Source: Podarcis pityusensis
Lineage: Eukaryota
DNA: 64,000 bases
Reading direction: 5' to 3' (one strand)
Assembly (NCBI GenBank): GCA_964106645.2
Contig: OZ067038.1
Part shown: positions 11,601 through 24,280 of the stretch, piece by piece
How positions within the stretch are numbered: position 1 is the stretch's first letter
Layout: each line of letters starts with the position of its first letter
Notes under the pieces: generated by a model
The model's input: the letters and a program-made list of their open reading frames with translations, nothing else
What the model was told of the DNA's origin: nothing
The model's database searches: none
Made by a program: the position numbers and the translations under genes

Positions 11601-13614
11601 CTCGCTTTGGCCTCTGAGCGTGCATAAGTATTTTCGGATCCCGATGGGGCTGCCTCTTTCTGTGCTGTGCTGGTGGCGGTGTGATTGGCAACCCCCCCCC
11701 CCCAGGGTGGCTTTGTGATCTCGGCATGGATCGAAACATACCTGGCTGTTTCCTGGTTTCCTTCCTTTTTCAGGGATGCCACCTGCTAAAGTGTCCAGGT
11801 AACTTAGTGCAGCAGTTCTCAACGGATGCTCGACAGGTGGCTTCTTCCGCTGAGCGATGGTCCCGAGGGTGGTCTGTCTGTTAGCGTGAACCTACTGTGG
11901 ATATATCTCAGCGTATCAGACGGGCGCCAAGTTTGCCTTTTTGATGCTAAAAGTTGCTGTTATTCAGGCTGAGGAAGCAACCAGTGATTCTGTAGAATAG
12001 TTGCGTGATAAGACAGTTTGCATGTCCTAGATTACAAACTGATAGCGCTTACTTTTTGTCTCCTTGACAAAAATAACGGACTGAAGTCCAATACTGTATG
12101 TTATAGCTTTGCATGACAAGCAGCTTGAGTCTGATGTAAATTTAGACAATGCTGCCAGAAGTTCTGTTACATGTGAATGACTAATAACTGCTTATTTATG
12201 TAGAAGATTTTAGTATTCAAATCAATTTACATTGGTACATTATTGTTGTAATTCTTATGACAGCTCCACAAGTTAGGGCAGTTTTATTACTCGCATATTG
12301 TAGTTGGGAGGCTGCGGCTCAAAGAAAGTGGTTAGGTTAATATTATCTATTTTCATGCCTGAGGTAAGATTTGAACCAAGGAATTCCTGATTCCTATATT
12401 AGACTGTTAGCTACTGCACTGCACTAGCTCACCCTACAAAAAATGGTAGAAGGCTACTATTTTGTATATTGTACCTTTTCTCCTAGGAGTTCAAAACAGC
12501 ATATATAGCCTCCTTCTTTCTATCCTCAAAACAGACCTGTGAGAGGGGCATATATATGTATGTACAGTATGTGTATGTGCAGGCATGTAAGTATGTATGT
12601 ATATATGTATTTATGTGTTTGGTGGTTTGTATGTGTATGTGTATATGCCTAGATGGAACCAAATGAGCACATTTAAAGCTGCTTGATGCATTATATTTTA
12701 TCTGCACACTTAAAAATGTAATGTGACGCAAACCCCAGGGAAAGGACCAGAGCTAAGTAGTAATGCTTATGCTTTGCATACAGAAGGTTGGGAAACACTC
12801 TGAAATTGCATACCCTGTGATATTATTTCAGCACTCCTCAGTCTGTAAATTACAGCGGAAAGATTCCATGCCATGGTAACTCCCATTGTTTGCAACTTGT
12901 GTACATAATGCAGATTAGGCATATCTTCACTCACTCTTTCCCATAATTTAGGCTGGAATCCTAAACACATCTGAGATCATGCATCGTTAAACTTACTTCT
13001 GAGTGGATATTTATTGGATTGTACTGGGCATGGAAGGGACGAGGCTAGGCATGGAAGCCGCATCTCCTAGCCAACTGAAAATGTCACTTGGCCTTTGCTG
13101 AGCACTGCCCCCACACATTCCAATTTATTTTTGCCCATAAGGACTAGAAGCTTGAGCCAAGGGAAAGGAAAGGAAAACTGTAAAGCTGAATTTCTGGTCC
13201 CCTTTTGTACTCTATGCTTTTGTGGAATCTCAGAATACCAACAGCTTTGTATGTGGTGGCAGCTTTGTATATGGTGGCACATACAGTATACCAGTTCTTT
13301 TCTGCTTTACTAAGCACGCATGCCTGGAGCCAGCCCTTACTCCTAGGTTTGGCTCTGCTGCTACACCAGTTCCCTCAACCTGCAGAAAGCTTATGTAGTG
13401 ATTAAACTGTGACCAGTCTTGGTTGAGCGGTCGCTCTGATTTTCTTATAGGGTGGTTGTATGACTATGAGCATTCATCTTGATTTGCTTGCCTTCCCATT
13501 ATTCAGTCATTTATCCTACATTTCCCAGTGCATTTCCATGTCGCTTTTTGAGCTGCAAAAAGTGTGTTAAGTGAATTTGTTGCATTGCACCAACCTAAAT
13601 CTCTGATACATGTT

Positions 13615-13660
<46 letters not shown>

Positions 13661-16600
13661 CTACCCCACCCATCTGACTGGGTTTCCCCAGCCACTCTTG
13701 GGTGGCTTCCAGCACATATAAAAACATAATAAAACATCAAACATTAAAAACCTCCTGATACAGGGAAATCCCTTCTGCAAAATAGTGACTGCCGGGAAGC
13801 ACTTTGAGTCTAGCTTTTTTAATGTGTTATTTCTCAACCTGAGTGACTTCGGGCAAAGGGGGGCAGGAACTGTGCAGATGTATTGCTCTGTTCTTGCTGG
13901 GTAGAGACTCTAGCAGAGTCCCATTATATTCATTGCAGGGGCCTCTGCCTGCCAGCCAGAGTATCAAGCTGCATGGGCTAGGTGTATTGAATGTTAGCAA
14001 AGGAAAGAAATGGAGTTACAAAACAACTGGAAACTGAGTGAAGAGTGGCAAAGGGCAACGTGGAAGAAACTTCCAGTCATTTTGATCTGTAAACACAAAG
14101 GCAGTGTGTCGCAGTGCATAGTGAATCAAATGGGGTTGCACAGTCGTGCTTTAAAAATCGAATAAAAGTTAAAAATTCCAGTTCCTCTCTGATACACAAA
14201 TGGATACTCTTGCCCTCATTTGTTATGAAAAGCTCTATCAAGTTTCACCTTTGCTCCCTTGTGTCTCTGTGTGGTACACTATACATTGCAGCACATTAAA
14301 AAAAAAAGTTTTTAAGAAATCTGTAGTGGATCATGTCAGATAACCAGCCTCAAATAACCTACATGCTTAGGTCTAATTTATGCATGAAGGGATTAAGACC
14401 ATAGAGTAAGCTGTCTTGCAAGGCTTAGCCCACCTTGGGCGGGACTGGGTAATCAAGACTTCGTTTCTGTCAGCCTACCTTGGTTGCTCGAAGCTCAGAC
14501 CACATGACTCTAACAAGCCTTTCTTGAATTCCTATGCAAATAATTTAGGAACTTTTACCACTGTAACTAAGTCAGGTTTACTGCCTGCAACTTCTTCTGA
14601 ATGCTGTGTGGAAAAGCACATGAATATGACCTTTGCAGAGTTTGTAAGTAAACCATTTTTAACTGACCAAATGTGTGGTCTTTTTCTATGATGAGGAAGA
14701 AGGGTTTTTTTGGAATTTACAGGGGGATAATTTAAAGGTCTACCAGCCTATACTTCCATGCTTTACTTTGCTGCATATTTTGTGATGTGAAAACTCTGCT
14801 GGGGTTCTCTCACCAAGGAGTACTTGCCCCAGACTTGGATCTTGGCATCTAGAAATTCTCCTTTTTATACAGTGGTGCCCCGCAAGACGAATGCCTCGCA
14901 AGACGGAAAACCCGCTAGACGAAAGGGTTTTCCGTTTTGGAGGTGCTTCGCAAAACGAATTTCCTATGTGCTTGCTTCGCAAGACGAAAATGTCTTGCGA
15001 GTTCCTGCAGGTTTTTTTTCCTTTTTCCCTTTTTCCCAAGCCGCTAAACTGCTTATCAGCTGATGGCTAAGCCGCTTAACAGCTGATGCTAAGCCGTTTA
15101 TCAGCTTATCGTTAAGCCGCTTATCAGCTGATCCTTAAGCCGCTTATCAGCTTATCGTTAAGCCGCTTATCAGCTGATCCACTAAGCCTGCTAAGCCCTG
15201 TAGCACTAATCCGCTAAACTGCTAATGGGCTTGCTTCGCAAGACGAAAAAACCCGCAAGACGAAGAGACTCGCGGAACGGATTCTTTTCGTCTTGCGAGG
15301 CACCACTGTACCTACAGTATTTTCCCCTTGCCACCAACATATCACACATTTGCTTAAGCAATAAACACCACAATCCTACTGTTTACTCACAAGTAAGTTG
15401 AGTTCAGGGTGACTTGCTCCCAAATGAATTTGTTTAGGATTACACCCTCAGTATGAATAAATTCTAGCTTTCTATAGGAGTCTGACATTTTTTTATTTGC
15501 AATGCATATTTTGTAGGAAATGAAAGGGGAGCAAATTTTGAGAAGCTTTAGAACACTGACTAGACCATTAACTAATATGAATAAAGGGGGGGGGGGGACC
15601 ATAGGGTGACAACATTTTGTTGTCTGCCTACAGCCATTTCAAACAATGCAAGTTTCTCTTTCCCAAATACAGTCCAGGGATGTACAAAGCTTATTCGCCA
15701 GTTCCTGCAGCACTCGGTCCCTTTACTCAAAGGGCTTATGAAGCTGGAATGCCAAGTCATTTCCTGGACAAATTGGCCAGGAAACGCTGTTGCACTGAAT
15801 ATGTTTTCTGCTGGACAAGAGGGTTTGCGAGGTCATTTGGCTGTGGCGTGCTCTTGTAGACATTGCTCTGCAGTGCATGCCACAGTGAGCGTGAAAGAGC
15901 TCCTTCGTGGTTTCTGAATAAGCTGTGGCAGTTGCACTGTTTTCTTCTTTCCCTTTCCTGAACCGTGGTCTGGTCACACAGTGGACCCTTTTAGCATTGC
16001 AGCCTCTTTGTCGCACAGCCATTGTGGGTTCCCTTTGCTGTTTGGCAAGCATCTTGACCTTTGGGGTAAAAGTTGCTTCTTAGCATATTTTGAGACTCCA
16101 TGCTCTGAACATTTTAAAGCAGTATATTTGCAAAGTGGCTCCTTTGAGATCTAAGTAAGATTTTGCAAGCATTCAAATGGTTCACCTTTAGCTTGTGGTG
16201 AGTAGGAAGTGGCTCCAGGCAATTAGTCAAAGCTGCTGCTTCTGCTTCTGCTTCTTCTTCTTCTTCAATGGAAAAGAAGTGGAAGTGCTCTCCGCCTCTC
16301 TCCTTGCTCCCCTAATAGGTTGATATGACTTGTAGGTTTGGGCAGGCAGGCTAGTAAAAAGTGTGGCTAGTGATCTTGGTTGCAGCTAAGGCTTCTTCAG
16401 CCTCTAAGTAGCGTAACTGTTTAAACAGTTATTCTTCTAACCCTTCACTGCGTTTCTCTTCTCTCTAGTTAATCTGAATTTAAGCATAATAACTAACTTG
16501 GCAGGATAAACGATGCATATGGAAATCCTGGTGTCCCTTGTTCAGCCTGCAGGAGGAGCTCTAGCAGAATGTTTCCTTTTGCATTCCTGCTGTATCCACC

Positions 16601-19600
16601 TTCCTGGGCCATGCATAGAAGTCTCTGAGTCGCTATAAATAATATCATCATCGGAATAAGGAAAAAATAAGAGTAATCAATCAATATCAGGATGGCCACA
16701 AGTTCCTGACCCTTGGATTAGATGGATTAGACACTCTTGCTAGATGGACTGAATGAATGCCCTGATCCCAATATGATTTTCAGTAATGAAACCGGGTATT
16801 TCTCCCTGCAGGAGGTTGGGCCCACCATGGTTGGTGATGAGCACTCTGACCCAAACCTGATGCATTACCTTGGGGCCACGAAAAGAAACATGCTGGGGAA
16901 CCATTTGTAAGTATTTCTGTGGGTATTTGATCTCCCATCTTTTTGCTTCTCCATCCTTTGGTTAACCAGTCAGAGATTTTGAGAGTACAACGTGACTGTC
17001 GCCTTTTGATTTTGCATGTGCACTGCAAATTCAATACTTATGGGCAATTCAAATGTCCTTGTGTTCATCACAGGATGCCTGCAGTATCAAATAGCGCCTT
17101 GCATGTGTGAATAGGCCATCACAGCTACAGCACTGCAGGCAAGATGTTTCTATCACCTCTCAAACTGGAGGTTTTTCAGTGGATTTCGGTCCACACATCC
17201 AGTTGCTAGTCTAAATGAAACAAAAATAAAGTAACAAGTGTAGATAAGCCAAGTGAATATGAGAACCAGACTTCAGTTTAGTTTTTAGGCAATACTGAGT
17301 TCAATAGACCAGTGGTTTGACCCGTACAGTGTAAGGCAGTTTTTTATATGTTCATATGTGAATTGGAATCTAAAATTTGGAGGCACAGTGAAAAGTCCAT
17401 TACCAACTCAGTGTCTGCATTTTATGTCAACATGTGGAGGGCACCATGTTGGCTACCCCTGATCTAAGTGGTTAAAAACATTTCCTCACACACTGCATCT
17501 ATGGCCAAACCGTGCCCTGCTGGTCACCTTCATCATTCAGCTCTGTGAAAACTCTGTGTATTCTTTAGGATGGATGGAACACTCCACCCTGCTGCCGAGA
17601 TGTTTCCTGGACTTCAGTCCAAAGTAAATGAAAAGAGTCCTCTTCAGGCCTAGCTGGATCCACCCCTTCCATCTCATCCCCTGCTGGCCCTGCCTCTGCT
17701 ATCCATGCATTAGGGAGGGGAAAATCTGAAGCAAGAAGCCTGCTGTATACTTGTACACTCGCAGGTCAGGCTCCCTGCTTTAGACCTTTCCACTCAATGC
17801 ATGGGCAATGGGGTTGTGACCAGCAAGTGTGGCCCCACTCTTCCTCTCATGCAGTAAACATTGTGTGAGGGCTTAATGCCAGAGTAGGGTTGGAACAACA
17901 GTAAAAAAATAAAATAAAAATGAAGGCCCATTCATGCTGAGAAATTTCAGGAGGAGTGTTCCAGCCACTGTCCCTTGCAGGACTTTCATCTTGCTTCAGC
18001 CCCTAAATATATAGGAAGCTGCCTTGCACTGAGTCAGACCATTGGTCCATCTAGCTCTAAATTCCTGCACTGACTGGCAGCAGCTCTCCAGGATTTCAGG
18101 TGGAGCTCTCCCCCAGACCTACCTGGAGATGCCAGGGATTGGACCTGGGACCTTCCACATGCAGAGTAAATGTTTTACCACTTCCTCATCATTAGTTCAA
18201 CTTCTGCCTTGTGCATTCTCCCCTTCCTGTCCTCAGTCTGTTTTCAGTCTGGTGTTCCTTTGACACTCTCTCAAGTATGTCTGAAGCCCTTTTCAGGTGT
18301 TATAATCTCCCCCACAAGTAGCATTGTGTGATGAAGAGCACCCAAAGCTTTGGCCCACCATCACTGTTAATGTCGCCCTCCAATGCTGGAGAGTGAACTT
18401 TTGAAGCAGGAAGCCTCCTATACTTGTGGAAGGTCCCCACACAATACAGAACCCTGTAATTACGATTTAAACACACAGTTTTGAAGGTGATACTTTATTG
18501 TTTCATAACTATAAGGTGAGACTGAAAATCTCTTGAAACAAACAAGTATTTCAGATTTGAAGAAAAAGAAAATTAAGGAACATTTTTCTCCCACATGAAT
18601 ATTTACCTCAGAGATAAGAACTAAGAAATGGTGAAGAAGAACTAGCATCCCCCCCTTGTCATTTATAATCATGCCCTTCTTAAAACCACAATGCACTCTT
18701 AATGATGTTTTCTGCTCTTTCCCTTCTCATTGTCGTATTCCCTGATCGTACAGTTTATACTTGAAAGCAACTATTTTACTAGTAGAGAAAAAGCGATTTA
18801 ATGTGTAAAATTGCATTGCTGGAAAATGGCATTTGTTGGAAGCACCAGCTTGTCTTGAGAGGCCCCCTAGAATTCTGATCAGCTGCCTTCCTGCAAGTGC
18901 CTTCAAGAAGGAGTGAGGACCTTTAAGCCTTGGGTGATGAGTGTGGCCCTCGAGGCCTCATTTTGACCCTTGAGACTGTCCCTAGGCCAAGCCCCCTCCA
19001 GGTGTGTGCATGTGGGGGAAAACAACCCTCTGGCTTTTGTGTGGATGGAATGTAGCTTCATGTCGAAAGGTAACAGGGAGAAATGTAAAGTATTGCACTT
19101 GGGCAAAAAAAATGAGAGGTACAAATACAAGATGGGTGACACCTGGCTTGAGAGCAGTACATGTGAAAAGGATCTAGGAGTCTTGGTTGACCACAAACTT
19201 GACATGAGCCAACAGTGTGACGCGGCAGCTAAAAAAGCCAATGCAATTCTGGGCTGCATCAATAGGAGTATAGCATCTAGATCAAGGGAAGTAATGGTGC
19301 CACTGTATTCTGCTCTGGTCAGACCTCACCTGGAGTACTGTGTCCAGTTCTGGGCACCACAGTTCAAGAAGGACACTGACAAACTGGAACGTGTCCAGAG
19401 GAGGGCAACCAAAATGGTCAAAGGCCTGGAAACGATGCCTTATGAGGAACGGCTAAGGGAGCTGGGCATGTTTAGCCTGGAGAAGAGGAGGTTAAGGGGT
19501 GATATGATAGCCATGTTCAAATATATAAAAGAATGTCACATAGAGGAGGGAGAAAGGTTGTTTTCTGCTGCTCCAGAGAAGCGGACACGGAGCAATGGAT

Positions 19601-22465
19601 CCAAACTACAAGAAAGAAGATTCCACCTAAACATTAGGAAGAACTTCCTGACAGTAAGAGCTGTTCGACAGTGGAATTTGCTGCCAAGGAGTGTGGTGGA
19701 GTCTCCTTCTTTGGAGGTCTTTAAGCAGAGGCTTGACAACCATATGTCAGGAGTGCTCTGATGGTGTTTCCTGCTTGGCAGGGGGTTGGACTCGATGGCC
19801 CTTGTGGTCTCTTCCAACTCTATGATTCTATGATTCTATGATTCTAAGAGTCGCATCAATTGCTGCATCCACTTTTACCTCTAACCCCACCCACCACTGG
19901 CATGTTTCCCCTGGAAGGTGGTACATGAGAGAATGTGGCCTTTGGACTGAAAAAGTTACCTGCCACTGAGTTCTCGTGCTCACCAGAGAAGTGTCCTTGT
20001 TCATTTCCAGCAGGTGTGTGGCAACTATGTGGTGGGATGTATCAACAACAACAACTTTATTATTCATACAACAACAGCAGCAGCAACAACAACAACTTTA
20101 TTATTCATACCCTGCCCATCTGGCTGGGTCTCCCCAGCTACTCTGGGTGGCTTTCAGCATATCTAAAAACACAAAACATCAAGCATTAAAAACCTTGATG
20201 CGAAAGGAATCCTACCTGAGACCTTGTTTTAGATTGGATATAGTCAACATGGTGCCCTCCAGAATTTGGGAATTGCAACTCCCATCAGCCCCAGAAGGCA
20301 GGGCCAATGGTCAAGGATGATGGGGTTTGTAAACCAAAACAACTGGAGGGCAGCACGTGGCCTTTCCCTGCTCTAGGGCTTGCTGTGAGAAGTGTCACTC
20401 CCTCATGTCAACTTTTGTACTTGTCTCTGGCTGATGTGTCTCCAAACATTGCAAGTTCTAATTCTTACCCCATCCATTTCTAGGATGCAATCACTGTTTA
20501 GTCAGTAGATGCTTTTCCTGTCTCTGTTGCCACGGCAAAAGGCTGCGTAGCTTGCCTCCTCCCTTTTGTAATTGAAGAGGAGGAAGAGGGGGAAAAACAA
20601 AAAACAAACCTGCCTTGGTGGAATGTAGGGCTATACTTGGCATCTTTGCTGTGGGTGTGAAAACCTGCATTCCAGGAAGGTTAAGTCAGAGGGATCAGTT
20701 TAGAGAACCAAGTAGGAACACAACCAAGGGAGGCCTATTAAAATATCAAGGCAGAGATTGAGCCATACTAAGGGAAGATTGCTTTTCTAAGCAATTATGG
20801 CGCTCTTCAAGTTGTAAACGACTTGTGAAGGGCATATCTACAACACTTAAAGTGTTATAACTAAGTAGCTTCTAACTGTATTAAAAATCCAGTTGCACTA
20901 AATGATTATGCAGGTAATCCACTCTTTCAGTAAAATAATTCCTGTTAGTTTTAAAGCAGATGTAGGGAACCTGAGGCTCTCCAGATATCGTTGGATTCTA
21001 GCTCCAGCCAGAATGGTCAGTATTGAGGGATGATGGGGGTTCTGGTTCAGCCGGAACTAGAAGGTCACACGTTCCCCACCCCTGTTTTAAAGGTGCAAGT
21101 GGATGGTTTTTTAATTGAAAAAAGTATTTTGGAGTAAGCCTGGAAATCTTAAAACAAGCATGCATCAGCTGGGATTACAAATGTAGTTAACAAGAAAGTA
21201 CCTAAATAAATGGAGATTGTGTGGCTTGATCTGGGTCATACACAGCCATGGATTTCCCCACGGAGCAAGACAACCTCTCATCTAGCCCGAAATATGTGGC
21301 AAGAACCATCGGCGATGTTAATTATCCTTTATTAGTTTGGATGTATCAAGAGCAGAGTCGATTTGGATTCCCTTGTTAATTTCTTCTTATCAGTTAGATT
21401 CCCAAGTTGTAGGCCATCCTTCCTATTTCCTCATTATTCAATGGGCATTTTAATGTTTCTATAAGTGACCCCTAAACTGAAAAAAGAAGATAAGCTGAAG
21501 ATTCCACAGCCAAGTTCAACTCCAAACTTGCATTTACAATTGGTTTTGACCTCACTCTGCCATGAAAGTGTGTAAGCTTCATGCTAATCCTATCTAGATC
21601 ACCCAATACCCAAGTTGGCAAGAGCTGATGGGAGTTGTGGTCCAAAACATCTGAAGGGCACCAGGTTGGATAAAGCTGCTCCAGATCAGGGGTCAGCACC
21701 CTTCTTCAGCCGTGGGCCGGTCCACTGTCTCTCAGATCATGGGGTGTGCCAGACTATATTTTGAAGAAAAAACATGAATGAATTCCTATGCCCCACAAAT
21801 AACCCAGAGATGCATTTTAAATAAAAGGGCACATTCTACTCATGTAAAAACATGCTGATTCCCGGACCGTCCGCGGGCCGGATTGAGAAGGCAGTTGGGC
21901 CGCATCTAGCCCCCGGGCCTTAGGTTGCCTACCCCTGATCTGGATGGTGTGATTGGTCTGTATGGAGCCTACTACTAGCAAATCAGAGGTTAAACTAACC
22001 CCTTTCCAGGCCCAGGAGGAGCTGGAAAGAACTACCTTTGGCCCCAAGGCCTGAGGTTTCCCAACCCTGTCCTAAGTCTTCCAAAAAATTGGGCTGGCAA
22101 AGCCGTAACTGGGCATAACCCTGATCTGTACCACTTTAGTTTACACGTCCAGTTACTTTCTACAGATTGCGCTGTCAGAACCTTGAGGGAATTTGGTAGC
22201 CTTCCCCAAGTGGCGGTTACAGTTCAGTTGAAGTTATTTGGGAAACTGCTTCTTCTCATTGTTTCCACATCTTGTTTACAACAGCTGGGAATACTATGTG
22301 CACGATGCCCCTCGGATCGTCTTGGACAAGCTGGAGAAGCGTGGTTATCGTGTGATCAGCATGACGGGAGTGGGCCAGACACTGGTGTGGTGCCTCCACA
22401 AAGAAAGTACAGAGAACTCTGATTTTCTCTCTGCTCAAGATATTGCTGTAAATCGCCCAGCATAG
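11327..22465 (+). CDS. GCHFR: GTP cyclohydrolase I feedback regulator (GFRP); join(11327..11362, 16812..16906, 22285..22465), 103 aa
   Basis: [84 protein letters not shown] matches GFRP; canonical splice sites; 312 nt in frame. Confidence 0.97.
12550..12646. repeat. Degenerate (TATG)n microsatellite
   Basis: tatgtatgta-type low-complexity run. Confidence 0.7.
13617..13765 (-). mobile_element. (AAT)n tail plus L2-type LINE 3' end (related copies ~20060-20195 and 59356-59735)
   Basis: (AAT)n followed by CCCATCTG.CTGGGTTTCCCCAGCCACTCT.GG.GGCTTCCA shared among copies. Confidence 0.7.
14870..15308. mobile_element. Tc1/mariner (Tigger-like) MITE with an internal minisatellite
   Basis: TA TSD; TIR CAGTGGTGCCCCGCAAGACGA / TCGTCTTGCGAGGCACCACTG; second copy at 45715-45950. 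Confidence 0.88.
16812..16906 (+). CDS. GCHFR: GCHFR coding exon 2
   Basis: ccctgcag acceptor, [14 protein letters not shown]..., donor GTAAGT. Confidence 0.96.
19070..19846 (+). mobile_element. CR1 LINE, 5'-truncated, with an open ORF2 C-terminus
   Basis: ORF 18970-19761 reads KCKVLHLG...EKDLGVLVD...[15 protein letters not shown]...[11 protein letters not shown]; ends in (ATTCTATG)n tail. Confidence 0.95.
20957..21084. mobile_element. hAT MITE, older copy related to the 4750 family
   Basis: CAG...CTG ends; perfect 8-bp TSD TTTTAAAG. Confidence 0.75.
21687..21937. mobile_element. hAT-Charlie (MER30-like) non-autonomous element
   Basis: TIR CAGGGGT / ACCCCTG; internal GCGGGCCGGA / GGGCCGCAT motifs. 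Confidence 0.7.
22285..22465 (+). CDS. GCHFR: GCHFR coding exon 3 (TAG at 22463-22465; AATAAA at 23030)
   Basis: acaacag acceptor; [10 protein letters not shown]...CLHKE plus a 19-aa extension. Confidence 0.9.
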
Positions 22466-23238
22466 TCCTGCCTTCGTTTTCCAGCGTGTTACTTGTTTTA
22501 AGGCATTATGAAACATAGGTACCACTACCACAAGCGCATCATAGGAAGGTGGCCCAGTTAGGGCTGGCGTTGGCCTGAAGAGATCAATCCTTTTTGAGCA
22601 TTAATTGGAATGCCAGTCCAGAACTGCCAATATAGCAGCATTATCCTCATTTGTTCCTGTTGAATGATGAAAAGCTGGCATTAAAGTAACTCTCTCAGGC
22701 TAGAGTGGCTGAGGGGAGAAAAGGCCAAGCTTATAAGTTTGTTACTTTGCTGAGAAAGGGGTGGGTGCTGCTGCAGAACAAGTTGATCACCAGTAAGCAC
22801 AGCATATCTCCAAGCTGAAAATAATCTAGGGTGAACTCAAGTTAACGAGTATGAATAGAATCCTGAATGTGGTTTTTTTAGTTACCCCTTCTATATGCAA
22901 ACTGGAAAATGGAGGCGAAAGGTCCTGTAAATATTTGAACATCAGTTTTGTAATTGTACCAGTCCATTCATTGCTGGGATTATTTGGAACTGTGTTTATG
23001 CAGTTAGCCGTTCTTAAAATAGCTGGCAAAATAAAATAATTTAACAAACAGACTTCACATTGTCCAAAGTTTAATTCCTTTGAAGTAGCAGCGGGCAAGC
23101 GTTTTAACTCTTGAATGAATTTCTGAGAAATAATGAGCAGCTGCCGCTAAAAGGCTTTAGAAGTACACAGATAATGACCCTGGATATGGGCCAGTTCCTG
23201 CATTGCCAGATAATGAATCAGAGGCCCACAGCCTTAGT

Positions 23239-23373
23239 AGAATCATAGAATTGTAGAGTTGGAAGGGACCACAAGGGTCATCTAGTCCAGCCCCCTGGAA
23301 TGCAGCAATCTTTTGCCCAGTGGGCTCAATCCCACAACCCTAAAGTCTCATGCTCTACCAACTGAGCTATCCC
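23239..23373 (-). mobile_element. tRNA(Lys-like)-headed SINE with CR1 tail
   Basis: Minus strand GGGATAGCTCAGTTGGTAGAGCATGAGACT head and CCCTTCCAACTCTACAATTCTATGATTCT tail. Confidence 0.8.
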
Positions 23374-24157
23374 AACTTGTACAGCCTTCCATTCTTCAAG
23401 AAGCTGTAGGAACATGGCAGTATCATGGGCTATTTACTGATTTAGTAGTGTAGTGCCAAACCATTTACTCCCCTTGTGTTTGAAAATATGGTCATGTACT
23501 GTGGCCAACACTGATTATATAGAATCTCCATGTTTCCCTGTTAATGAGAACAGTGAGAAAAGACCAAAAACAGCACCAGTACCTGCCATGATGATTGCTG
23601 CAGATTTGAGGGTGCATCCAATGTATTTCAGAACCCTTTTTTAAAAAAAAGCCTTCCATGTGGGAACAGAAGCAATAGGTTTCTCAAAGGTCCATTGCAC
23701 GACAACCTTCTGGTGACTTCTTCTCAACTAATAAATGCAACCAATGTGTCTATCTATTAATCACATCACCATTTCAGTGTCTTTGAAACTCCCTTTAACA
23801 CACAATTTTTTTAACACAGAAGTTGCTGGAGATACCTTGTAAACATGGCAATCATTTATATAACTTATACCCATCTGTGGAGTTGCCAACAGCAGGAACC
23901 ATTTTCTGGCAGTTTCCATAAGATTAAAACTAGCCCATGGTCTGTCAATGGGAGGAGAAACTTGACTTGGTAGCTTTGACAGTGTGGGCACCCGATATCT
24001 AAGCAGAAGCAGAGCCACACACCACCAGATTTATACCCTTATTGAGGATGATCAGTTTATTTTTCAAAGAAAACCACGGCTGTTTTTAAAAAGGATATTT
24101 ATTGACTTAATTTAAGTATAAGCAAACACACAAGATAATGCTATTTTTCTCCTTGTA

Positions 24158-24280
24158 CTATGTGGAAGGTTCTTCCTCATCTTCCTGTTTCATCTGCTCA
24201 ATCAGCTTCTGTCTCTCAGCGGCTTGGCGCATCCGCATCATCACGAGGCTTTCGTAATCCCGCTCCGAGACAACTGAACC
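24158..24280 (-). CDS. DNAJC17: DNAJC17 exon 11 (last); minus-strand AATAAA at 24103-24098
   Basis: [40 protein letters not shown]. Confidence 0.95.
   Translation of the reverse strand, partial: GSVVSERDYESLVMMRMRQAAERQKLIEQMKQEDEEEPST

Noticed and set aside
10823-11884. Multiple overlapping 100-165-aa ORFs (also 2175-3268, 42363-43754, 53764-54276)
   Set aside because: Expected from stop-poor GC-rich CpG islands or a MITE; only the short real exons are supported
15035-15225. CRISPR-like array
   Set aside because: Tandem units without unique spacers inside a eukaryotic MITE; no cas genes
18970-19761. 263-aa ORF as a novel gene
   Set aside because: It is the C-terminus of CR1 ORF2
19935-20320. 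PolyQ/polyN-encoding ORFs
   Set aside because: (CAA/CAG)n microsatellite at the tail of an L2 fragment in an intron
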